Origin: Phoronis australis
Taxonomy: Eukaryota > Animalia > Phoronida
Length of the DNA: 64,000 nt
NCBI GenBank assembly: GCA_002633005.1
Contig: NMRA01000495.1
Coordinates: 185,692 to 249,691 of the forward strand
Reading direction: 5' to 3'
Shown here: positions 38,201 to 49,307 of the stretch, piece by piece
Layout of the letters: each line of letters opens with the position of its first letter
How positions within the stretch are numbered: the stretch's first letter is position 1
The notes under the pieces: model-generated
The model's input: only the letters and a program-made list of their open reading frames with translations
What the model was told of the DNA's origin: nothing
Database searches by the model: none
Made by a program: the position numbers and the translations under genes

Positions 38201-41200
38201 TTCTTTCAGATTTGGAAACAATATCACAGTAGGAGGTCTGGCCTGTTTGCAGTGTTAGAGGTAGGTGATGGTTTGATGATGTGGCAATCTAGTAATGTAA
38301 CTAGGAGTAGTTTTCTGTAGTCTGTTGTTCAGGGGTTTCACTGCAGCTGTACTTGTATCCTCTGTTATGCACAAAAGCTGTGGCAATGCAATAGAGGTGG
38401 AATGTGTAAGGTCACCTTGCTTTAATAGTCCAAGAGACAGCACCATTTTGGCTCTAATTCTTGCATTTCTCTCTGGGAAACTTCATCAAAACATAAGTTT
38501 TGACTACGAAATCACCAGTTAATCTCCGTTTTAGAAAGAAAAAACTGTCGGGATGCTGGTATGTGTGGTTCTCATATTCTGTGGCATGAGCTTCAGATTT
38601 TAAGAAAGTTTTTGTCGAATTTTGTCAGTTTGAACGCAAGCAAATCGGCCACCGCCACATTGTCTCCAATTTGGCGCAGTTACTAGGGGTGTGACATCCG
38701 TTGCTAGGGGTGTGACATCCGTTGCTAGGGGTGTGACATCCATTGCTAGGGGTGTGACATCCGTTGCTAGGGGTGTGACATCCCTCTCCATCACTATAAT
38801 GGATGTATTAGAGAGGGGAATCTTGTGGTGTATAGTGAAGGAAGAAAATGTCTTAGAATGGACTATAATATTACTTTTAGAGAACTTCACTGAGTGTGTT
38901 TGTGCATGTAACAGAATGGTAGCAGCCCATCGTTTGCACAAACTTCATTGAAAACACGACTAAACTTTTTGTTTGAAAGCTTGACATAGAGTCACTCGTA
39001 GTGTCGAAAGTATCTCCTTTCTTCAGAAAGTAGATTGTTTCAACACTACAAGCGACTCTGTATCAAGCTTTGAAACAAAAAGTTTAGTCGTGTTTTCAAC
39101 AAAGTAACAGAATGGACAACCATCTGAATTTCCCTTTCGTCTTCACGCTGGAGTGTCTCTTGGGAATCCTTTTCATGGTGAACACGCTCACCCGTTCAGC
39201 AGGCTAACTGGTGTGCGAAACGACCGAATGGTTTTCTTGCTTGAAGCTGATACTAATTGTCTCCCACTGATAGTTAGTTGCTGCCTTTCATGAAACCAAG
39301 ACTTCTAATTAGATAAAGGGCATCATTCATCCATGTGAATAACTGGATGCGAAAAAATTATAAATCGTAACTTCGTAAACATATTCGTATCATGTGCACA
39401 TATTGCAGTTGTGATAGGTTTAGCTCTGGTATTAGCCAAACTACAAGTTGTTCAAACTCCTACAATGTAGCTGACTTTGACTGGTTCGGGGTGACACTTG
39501 CAACCTTGTGCCTTAATTTTAGTCTGTTGCCATTAGAAACTGCTTTTAACTTTTGCCATGTAGCTGCTAGCTCATAACCTTACAGAATAATGTGGCATGC
39601 AGTTCAGATGCATTATGGAGATCAAGCAAACTAAAGAAGGAGAGTTTGTACAGATTGTAACTGTGAATTTTATTTATCTTTTTATATTACAGGCAGATGA
39701 ATATCAGTCCATGTTTCAGAAAGCACAGCAGTGCACTCTGGTGTGTATTTCAAACTTTATCTTGAAGTCATGTACAGTGACCATTAGGTCAGATAAGTCA
39801 AAATGACAAATCTATCTGTTTTGGTCAGATTCCAGATTGTAGGCTTTTGAGTGAATATAAAAAGGGGTCGTTGGGGCTCACCTTTGATTACCAATTACCA
39901 TTGCTGGAAGACATTTTTATTTTTTGTGCAGACATCTGTTTTCAGTAATTGTATGTTGTAGTTTTTAAGACTATGTCCTTTTTGCTGTCAATTTCCTGTA
40001 ATGGTACAATGTTTTCTGCCATTCCTTTTTCATTGTAGCTTCCTTATAAGTGTGCACTGGTTTGCAAAAAAGTGGCATGGATGCATTTTCGACTTCTACG
40101 TTTCTTCTATGTTTCCCAGAATTCCCTAAAATAACTTAAGGTGATGTTACTGAAATTGTTAGTAGTATTTGTCGTGAATTTCCTGGCGGCGATGGTGTTA
40201 TTATCACTTGTGTATTGTGAAAATCTGTCTTCAATCTCTCATAGTCAAGTGATTTCCTGTTTTACTGTGCAGTTTGTGTATCCATTACCTAAGCCGACTG
40301 GTTACGAGTTCATCCTGTCGCAGTGGTCTGGCCACGAATGTAATTTCACACCTCTGATATCATACCAGGTAAAGTACACGACTGCTACCTGTTTTGTTGT
40401 ACCCAAGTGCTGTGTCTGGTTTAAAAGTTGCAGAACTTTTCCCACTGTGTTAACTTTAAAGATACATAAACTGAAATTTGCTCCCTCGCGGGAAAGTCTC
40501 AATATCCTTGGGTCCACGGCTACTGTTTTTTTTACTTGACGATTCAAAAACTGACATTGCGAGTGCTACTTTTTGAGTAATTCTCCAATTTCACGCGATA
40601 TGATTGACCAGTTGTCAAGTAGAGTCTTGAGTTATACTCTGTGGTCATGGGCTTGGTCTTGTTTTATTGACTCCTTAACATTTTTCCAATTTTGAGCAAA
40701 ATAATATTCAAATTAATCTGCTTTCATTTTTCAAAAGGCTTCTGAGTAACCTAAAAGCTTGTCTGATGGCAGGTAAATATTTGAAATAACCTAAGAAATA
40801 AAATTTTACTGATGTGCCATCTTGTGGTGTAAATTGGAGAAATTTCACCATAGAATGAAGTGCTTACTGAGCAACTAATTAATTTCTTTTTCCGTCACAT
40901 TGTTGCAGAATATACAGTGTATCAAATCTCCTTTTATTTCAGAAACATCAAGAAAATTCACCTACTTGCATGAGTTTGATACACTATCCAGAACTGATAG
41001 ATGACAAAGGGATAGTTTTAATGGCAGGTGAATTTGACAGTGAGGTCTTGGTAAGTTGATGATCTGTTAGTATTCTTTAGCCTCGAAGTGGGAAACTGAA
41101 TGTTTTGTCTGCATGATGGTTATATTGCCCACGGTATAGGAAACACAACTATTACCTTGGGACATCCGGCATTGGCGACTGTTGGTTTTTTAATTTAATT

Positions 41201-41828
41201 TTGCAATCTGTACAAAAAAGTGATGACTTTACTGTGATCAGAATGCAGCTCAAATACTGAAAAGTTGTAAACTGTATTGAAAGCTCAATTTTGAAGTAGG
41301 CAGCTCTGCCGTAGAAGACGAGAAGTGTTAGTTTGCTCTGTTTCACCACTCAATTTTTGCGATTTGCCAGTGTGTGATACGTGGTGTCCCAAGGTAATAG
41401 TCGTATTACCTAAACACCATTCAGTATCTCCTTTGAAGGTTTGTCTTAGCAAGCAGTACCTTTGTGCTTTCAGAACCATGGTATGTTAGTATAATTTCTC
41501 ATAGAACACGCACGACGTCATTAAACCTGGATAGTATGTATTGATTTTTATTTGGATGTGTTAATTTATATTCGTATATAAACTAAAAAGTTCTTACTAG
41601 TGAATGCTACTAGCATATTTCATAAGTTTGCCAATGGGCTGTTTTGTCTCATTGCAGAAAGCCCAGGAGGCCACTATTCTGGCCCAACAGGTTCAGTTCT
41701 ATTACGGGCTGAGTCGACACCGAGAGAGATTTGAGCTAGTGCGACTGTTCAACAATTCACCGCGCGACTTCAACTATATGGCACTGATCAGTCACTTTGA
41801 GAAACTGGGGCTGGGATTTGCCAGTTGA
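35220..41828 (+). CDS. ATPAF1: ATP synthase mitochondrial F1 complex assembly factor 1 (ATP11 family)
   Basis: Exons 35220-35258 (uncertain; alternative ATG at 35496), 35487-35686 (ELNDNPFLDKYLSKIQSLKE), 36750-36912, 37661-37723 (SLDDVLKLDMIKDKSRNEIEQ), 38210-38260 (IWKQYH), 39693-39740, 40273-40368 (FVYPLPKPTGYEFILSQW..FTPLISYQ), 40943-41050 (HYPELIDDKGIVLMAGE), 41658-41828 (VQFYYG..LVRLFNNSPRDFNY). All junctions are GT-AG with consistent phases, and the motifs match ATP11 proteins. Confidence 0.92.
38683..38783. repeat. 21-bp minisatellite, ~4.8 copies, in an ATPAF1 intron
   Basis: Unit CTAGGGGTGTGACATCCGTTG. Confidence 0.95.
38948..39099. mobile_element. Palindromic MITE-like hairpin (~60-bp arms)
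   Basis: TTGAAAACACGACTAAACTTTTTGTTTGAAAGCTTGA ... TCAAGCTTTGAAACAAAAAGTTTAGTCGTGTTTTCAA. Confidence 0.7.
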
Positions 41829-43033
41829 TAGTGGCTGGCACTGTAGATTCCTCTACACAGTGGTGTGTGTGTACTACATTTTTGTCAGGATCAAGCTGGT
41901 GTTTCACAAAGCTGTTCTGGTAAAGTGGTGACTGCACAATCAGTTGTCTTCTGGAACTAGCCAAGGGAGACAACTTTGTTTTCTCGTAAGAACTAAAGCA
42001 TTATGTAGATGTCAATAAGGTAAATACTGCCATGATTAGGGTGCCACCATTTTACATACTCATCCCAATCAACTGGCTGAGACTTCTGATTGTTCCACGA
42101 GTCTGAAGTCATCATCAAGAACCAATCAGATGACTTAGCCACTGATTCGACTGAACCGATGAAGTCAATCAAAGGCAGCCAAAGGATTAGGTATATCCTA
42201 GAATACTGTATAATTATGTATTGAAGCCCATACGCCATTATATGAAGCTGTGCCTATAGCTGGAATTAGGATCGTGCGCCTGTATGTGACACATTTTTAA
42301 ATCTGAGGAGCAAATTTCCAAAATATGTGTCTTGAAAAGTACCCGTATGTGAAGCTTAGGTGCATGGGCTTTAAAGTGAAATGCTCCATTAAAAAGTTTA
42401 ATCTTCGAAATAAAACATCATTTCAGATATCAGCACATGAGTCTTAATTCGCACTTATACCAAAAACAAAACAAAAATGTGAAATATAAAAAACACTGGT
42501 TGCTCTGCTCATCATTGTCCAACTCTTGCTTACAGTGATAACTGAGTCACCAAACATAAAGTTGGCATTGCTTTCTTTGGTTAGTTATCTTGGAACAGTT
42601 TCACAGGGTGATGGAATGTGTTTGTTGTCGGCTCTGGTATAACTAAGTTACTCTTTTTGATAACACAATGACAAATTCATCCTCCGGCAATTATAGGCAA
42701 AATGAACAAGGTGGAACCGAACTAAATTGTGAAATAAACAGTGACACCAGGTAGAAGGGTATACAAGCAGAGGGTGCGTATGTAACACACGGTAGGAAGC
42801 CCACAAGCATAACGGAACAGAGTCAGCGTGCGGTACACACCTGCTCATTCGTGACTGATCAATAGAAACTCGAAAATCTACGCTATCCTAGTCATATTGC
42901 ACGACCACGACACCTGGTGACGAACTTGACTTCAGTGCTATGGGAAGGATGGCCTGGTAATCGAGTGTTTAGATAGAAAAATAGAGGACAAATAAAAGAC
43001 TTGTCGGATTCTCCGAAGTGAATAACATTAGAG

Positions 43034-44536
43034 TCACTTAGGCAAAATAGAAACGAAAACTTCTCTAGAGCTTCTCAACAACTTTTCCCGCACCAGTTTA
43101 ACTAACACGCAGGAGGATGATTGGTCCCACGACCACGATAAACCACTACTGAGTACCACTGAGAATCCATTAGGAAAATGAATACGCGGAATGAAAATCT
43201 CCGTCGGCAGTTCGATTGATGCGTCGACGATGTATCGGAAGTGGAATTTAAAAGTGGTCGCATTGAAGTTCATGAACGTCGGGAACCCGGCGACTGCGCG
43301 TGCATACACTCTCGCAAACGCTTTCGCAACGGACATGTCGAGAGAGCCACTAGAGGAGAAGAACTGAGAGTCCCAGTATGTCCAGGATACTAAGTTGTCG
43401 TCAGCTTGCTTCATTATGTACTCACATTCGATTGTCCCTTTGGAAGTGTTTGAATTATCAGGAGCACATAAACCGAACTCTGTCAGAAACGTCGGTATGC
43501 TTAAATGGCCAGAATCTTCTCTTATTGACTTGAAAACCTGAGGACCGAGAACTTCATCACAAATGTCCCGTTTCCATCCTGTATAGGGGTCAATGTGTGC
43601 GCCGTTGATGATCCAGCAATAGTAATGCCAAGCGAGAACAGATCGATTGTTGTACCCCGCGCCACCTGGAGGCGAATCAAAACCGGTACCAAGAATGGAG
43701 TCGTTGAACACTACGGCGGTCGTGGTTGGTTCGAAAAAAATCAAGGTGTCATTGTCAACTTCGCGTATGGCACCATTCAAACGATCATACATCGGCTTGA
43801 GGTTGTACTTTCCAGCAATCCCAGGAAGAACAATCAATGGGTCGCCATAGACATCACCGGCCCATGGCTCGTTAATCAACTCGTAACCGATTACACTTGT
43901 TGTCGTTTTAAACAAGGACGCCACTTGTTTCCACATTTCAAGGAAATAATCAAGCGTTTTGCCTTTATTATCGTAAAAACTCTGAAATGCAAAGCTACAC
44001 GCCTCCGTCAAATACACTTCCCACCAACTGGACGTTTTATTTCCCTTGAATGGCCACGGGAACTTATTTTTCGGTTTGGGCAGTTTTTCAAATACCCACG
44101 GCGGTACGCCGTCATAGGTTGTGAACTTACTTGACAAGCCATCCTGATGGACGTCCAGTAACGAATAGATACCATATTGAGCAAACTTGTCAACAATACG
44201 TTTTAAAACGTCTATGTAAGTTTGATTATAAGCACCTTCAGACGGCTGCAGCCCTGACCACATAGTTCCTAGTCGAATAACATTGAATCCCCACGATTTG
44301 TAGTATTTTAGCCGCGTTTCGTTGAGCGCTTGAGGGTCGAACCACGGGAATTCCTTTACAACTGAGTTAGCACCATGAAACAATCGTATCCTTCTCGAGC
44401 TGTCCACCAGCCACTGACCTCTGGCGGATATACGACCAAGAGGGTTGGGATGAGAATTCTCGATGGCATAAAGTCTAAAGAAAAAGAGCTGCACCACAAG
44501 TGTAAAGATTCCGCAGAACAGACCATTCCAAAACAT
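43034..44536 (-). CDS. Endoglycoceramidase-like glycoside hydrolase family 5 enzyme, single coding exon, ~500 aa
   Basis: Uninterrupted ORF. Hydrophobic N-terminus (MFWNGLFCGIFTLVVQLFFF), RIRLFHGANSVVK, GFNVIRLGTMWSG, LLDVHQD, acid/base GYELINEP, nucleophile FLTEFG, SWTYW, and an EGCase-type C-terminal domain (ARVYARAVAG..PTEIFIP). The first ATG at 44536 lies just after a polypyrimidine-CAG acceptor. Confidence 0.9.
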   Translation of the reverse strand: MFWNGLFCGIFTLVVQLFFFRLYAIENSHPNPLGRISARGQWLVDSSRRIRLFHGANSVVKEFPWFDPQALNETRLKYYKSWGFNVIRLGTMWSGLQPSEGAYNQTYIDVLKRIVDKFAQYGIYSLLDVHQDGLSSKFTTYDGVPPWVFEKLPKPKNKFPWPFKGNKTSSWWEVYLTEACSFAFQSFYDNKGKTLDYFLEMWKQVASLFKTTTSVIGYELINEPWAGDVYGDPLIVLPGIAGKYNLKPMYDRLNGAIREVDNDTLIFFEPTTTAVVFNDSILGTGFDSPPGGAGYNNRSVLAWHYYCWIINGAHIDPYTGWKRDICDEVLGPQVFKSIREDSGHLSIPTFLTEFGLCAPDNSNTSKGTIECEYIMKQADDNLVSWTYWDSQFFSSSGSLDMSVAKAFARVYARAVAGFPTFMNFNATTFKFHFRYIVDASIELPTEIFIPRIHFPNGFSVVLSSGLSWSWDQSSSCVLVKLVREKLLRSSREVFVSILPK

Positions 44537-45022
44537 GTCTTCTGCAAAACACAAAGAAATAAATTTCAAAAGGGGCAATTTTCAATTTGCTTGTAAGCAA
44601 ACGAAACGAAAACTTTCATGCTCTCATGGTAACGAAATGCTTATATCTACTTCAGTTTTTATCCAAGAAGCAACTACTTAAGCTCTGTTTAAGAATCAGA
44701 TCACGAAACCACATGCTATATATTTTGTAAACAATTATGAATTGTCTAGTTTTTACAGTAAACTATCCTCAGCTTTATGTGCGATCTTCATTAAAAAAGT
44801 TAGGGCGAATCCGTTTGCTTGCAAGTGTTCTCATCTACAACACAGAAAATTTGGGAATTTATTCACTAAATACTCGGTAAGAGTAAACATACAGTAACAA
44901 CTCACACAAAACTCGTTTTTAGGGTCTAATAATCCTGTTCCTGAAGCATATACAGCTGACCCATTTCAATTTTTTACCCAAAAAAGGCAGGTCTTCACCA
45001 CTCAAAGATGACCGATCTTTAA

Positions 45023-46274
45023 AGTACACATTTGTAGCCAATTTTCCCCAAAATTAAACTCTAATACTAATCGAAGGATATGTAATCTCCACTGAACTTG
45101 AGGACGTCATGGGATACCATTTCAAACAATGTCGCTGACAGGCACCTGTGCTGTATACAATGTACTACAGGAGTGGCGTGACATGCTTGGCTTGTTCCGA
45201 GCGGCGGTCTCGACTTTTAAAACAGTACACACCATGGATTTTTGCACATTTTAAATTACCGGTGGCCACAGACTAAATGTATGACGTAAATTTTAGCTAA
45301 ACCCATTTTGTGTAATTAGCTCTAAATTTTGATTTTTCTTTCAATTTTGCCAATTTTCACATTGGCCGCCATGTGACGTCATAGGTTGAACACAAGAGAT
45401 CAGTGACTAGCATTGAACAATGGCGGAGAGCAGGGAATTTGAAAGCGACGACGATTATGAGCAAGAACTGAACAAATACTATGAAGAAACGTAAGGGAAT
45501 GGTGGCCAGGATGAGGAAATGGGGTTGCACGAAAGCGAGAACAAGTTTAATGTGCTTCCGGCTGCGTACTTTTCTACTTTGAGCGTTACGAACTGGATCC
45601 TCCCGCGAGAGAAGCGGTCTCGGGCTCAGCGAGTCAACCCAGTCATCACAGACGATCCTGAGTTAAGAGCTGATGTTTCTGAATGATAAATATTGTCCTT
45701 TATTGAACTAGGTCTTCATCGTAACGTCTCCTGTGACTGGAGTCGAAACACGAGTTCTCAAAGTGGGGCAGAACACAGAGTGGCCCCGGACCGCATCGCT
45801 TGGTCCACGATGACGTCCTACACTCTCGTTCGGCGCACGAAGCGATGCCACTTCTGCGCAACTTTGGTGTCCTTCGGAACACCGAGACGTTCTCCGCCTG
45901 GCTGCTGTCGCTGCAGCCTCCGGAAACACATTTTTGATCCCTCTACGAACATTCTCGACGCTAAATGTACTTTGCTTTCTCTTCACTCTATACACTTTGT
46001 ATCTGATCCGAACAGTATGGCGAACGACTTCGGTACAACCCGTGACGCTGTACATAATTATTATTTTTTTAATTTTTGCGTGTTTATGAGCTGTGCACTA
46101 AAGGCATTGAAATCAAGTAAGATATAATAATAAATAAATATATGAATGTGAGCGTGACTGTGCGCGCGAATGTTTATACTGTTTGGCTTTATTGTATTTG
46201 CATTACGATAACAATAAAACTTTTTGAGTCAAAAAAAAATTATTTTGAGGTACTAGAGTCATGTTGTGTACACT
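45023..46274 (-). mobile_element. Internally deleted Kolobok-like element with THAP remnant
   Basis: TTAA flanks at 45019-45022 and 46275-46278; imperfect TIR AGTACACA / AGTGTACACA. Minus strand ~45930-45740 reads CVSGGCSD..VSVFR..PKLRR..LCVLPHFENSCF, a THAP pattern. Confidence 0.5.
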
Positions 46275-46479
46275 TTAAGTGCCACCGTCTCGACTGGCCG
46301 GAAACTTTTCGGCGAATTATGCCTCACACTGATTAAAACAGTAAAGTACCTTTTGCGCATAGTGGGACACCTTTGGAGGCCGTCGATGTCTTTTAATTCT
46401 TTCCAACTCGAACAACTACTGCCGTAATCAAACTTTTTCTTCGAGCAGTCCTTCATTCAATTGCCTAAATCGGCAACTG

Positions 46480-47220
46480 TATGAGCTAGCACCGTTTGAG
46501 GCAATTGACAATTTGTCTGTCATGTGTCATTTGATGTTCATTGCGGCACGGCTATTGATTTTAAGTCAGTTTTAGCCGTTACCAAGAATATATAAGTGGC
46601 TCAAACTTTCAGAGGTATACCGTGGTTGAATTTTTGGGATTTCTGGCGGGCAAAACCCTAAATTTATTTTGTCTGTCATAGGTCATTTAGTGACTAGTGA
46701 CATGTATTGAATCACGTGGAATTGTTTTTGTGGTACCTCGAATGTAGCCTATATGAGCTAGCTTATTTTGGGGGTCCGTTTTGGGTTTCTGGTGGACCCT
46801 TTCCTGAGTGCAATTTGTCTGTCATGGGTCATTCGATGTTCACTGCAGTACTGTTATTAGTTTAATTTAAATCAGTTTTAGCTGGTTGCTCGAATATCTA
46901 ATCTAGCTCAAATTATCAATGGCATGTGACTGTTGTTGACATTTTGGGGGAATCTGGCAGGCACAACCCAGGGTGTATTTTGTCTGTCATGGGGCATTTA
47001 GTGATCACTGACATGTATTGAATCATATGGAATTCATTTTTTGTGGTACCTTGAATGTATGAGCTAGCTCAATTTTGGGGGTCCTTTTGGTTTCTACCGG
47101 ACCCATTCCACAGTGCAATTCGTCTGTCACGGGTCATTCGGTGTTCAGTGCGGTTCTATTGTCCATTTTAAATCAGTTTTGGTCGATACCTCGGATGTCT
47201 AATCTAGCGAAATTTTTGGA
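46480..47220. repeat. ~305-310-bp tandem repeat, ~2.3 copies, with internal subrepeats
   Basis: GACATGTATTGAATCA at 46699 and 47010; TTTGTCTGTCAT and ATGAGCTAGC recur. Confidence 0.7.
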
Positions 47221-49307
47221 CCCCTTGTAAGGTCCCCAGGGGTCACATCCGAGTGCAGATAACGGCAGACGTCCATCCTTATATAAGTACTGAGATGGAC
47301 TCTAAGTGCTCCTAGCGCCTTATGATCAGATGTTGGTACTTGTTCATCTATGCTAAGTGCTCTGGGCTGCCGGTCTAATATTCTAATATCGCCGCATGTT
47401 TCTACAAGGAAGTGTGCCTTGCAATTGGTCAATTTTTTATGAGTCGAGTTTCGAGTTGGTCTATCGAGATTAGACCTCGCGGGCCCCATAACGCTACCTC
47501 GATGATCAATGTTATCAAACCAGATTTTTGCTGATTAGTATATATAGCAAACGATGCAAGGTTCACATGGTGGCTAAAACGCTAGCGTAGTCGCCAGAGC
47601 AGCAATAAACGCCAATGAATGTGAAGGCTCACCTAAGCTGGCGCTCTTCTGTAGGATTGATTTACCGTAAAACTACTAGCGCTTTCGCAAGCATTGATTT
47701 TTGTAACCGGGTGGCTCTGTGACGGGAGCGCCGTCTATTGACGAAGTCGTGAGTTAAGTCGAGTCGTCAGTTGAGACCAAGTTTAGTTCCAGAAGCTAGA
47801 GTGGGTTATTATATTTTAAAGGGGTGAGATGGTCAATTCCTTATTTGGTACTTCCGATGACGAAAATTTTAGTTGTATTTTGATTGATTTTTACATTTAA
47901 CTTGAGACCCCTATTTTATCGTCATTTGGAATATTCGCGGTGCGGATTCACCTATAAAAATGGGCCCCACACGCTCAAACTTCGGATTATACCGGGTCTC
48001 GTTTCTATCCGGTAAGAACCTCAACTTTTTAACTCTATCGGGTCTCGTTACTCGCTATACGGTTAGAGTCTCGACTTCTCAACTTTTTAGCTTTTACTTT
48101 AGCTTACAAATTTTTCATTACTCGACTTTGGGTACTAACTTAGGCGATTTGGGAGCCGATCCAAACAAAGTGAGGGTACGATGACGACGGAACCAGATTG
48201 AAGCTTATGATGTCTTGTAAGTTTATAGCTTTGTATTTTGTATTTAGCGAATAATAAACTCAGTACATTTATCTACTTATCTCTTGTTTCTCGCTCTATT
48301 TTAAGTTGTCACCAGGGTTCTCTCGTATGCGATTCGAACGAGTGAAAAAGCACAACGCTGCAAATATTTTTATCGACATTTTAGGTACCTAAGTAGATCG
48401 GTGCCATGATGCGCTCCGCCGATTCCCATTACAGCTCAACGAGGCCTTGGTTCAAAGAGGCCTTTATCGTCACATCAGTAAATTATATAATAGCAAGGGT
48501 GAACGTATTTTGACATCGGTGTGAAGCCGCGTCGACTCAGGTGGTGAGGAAACAAACCAACTGCTCGGGCGAAAATTACGACTGAGTCATTCGGGACAGC
48601 TCATCTACCATACTAACGGCAGGCGTTTTAGCCAGTGAAACTCAGAGCCCAGTCATGTGATCGAGTCTAGTACGAGTCAATCACAAACAGCACATGTGAA
48701 ACACAGTATTTCACTACAACTGCATAGCAATGCTGAGTCATCCTGCCCGCCGAGGCACGCGCCGCAGTCCGACAGAGCATTCTCCGTTCAGTTTGGCTAC
48801 GTGTTCTGAGTTGGTTGTTCGCCGAGCTGCCAGATACGCCGTGTTTTGCAGTCCGGTCACGAGTTGGTCAGATATAATAACTCAGAGAGTTCACAACCTT
48901 GTGAGTGAGCCCGGAGTGCGTAGCCGGCATGGGAATGAAGCGCGGTTACACGTACGTACCAAAGAAAATAGGCCTATACTCACGTTTTTGACTGAAGGAA
49001 GTTTCGAACCACTTTCGAATTCTTGAATACAAACACGATTGCTTAAAATATGTGATACCTTAGCTGGTATCTTGACAACTTTATCAAGTCATGATTATCT
49101 GGTTTCATAAGAGAGTTTCATAACAAGCGGCGGTGCACCGTATGACGCTGCATTCGGTTATTATTGTATACATGTATGTAGTTAGTTGCAAAGGCCGAGT
49201 CGAATAACTAGGTTATCGAATAAATAGGTTATTGCAGTCACATGATTCGTGTCAATAACAGCTAGTCACATGACATTGGCGCGGGAGTAATTTAAAGCAA
49301 TAGGCCT

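Noticed and set aside
38600-38951. ORFs with DVTPLAT / GVTSVAR repeats
   Set aside because: Translation of the 21-bp intronic minisatellite.
43595-44134. 179-aa plus-strand ORF
   Set aside because: Antisense shadow of the GH5 coding sequence, with no recognisable motifs.
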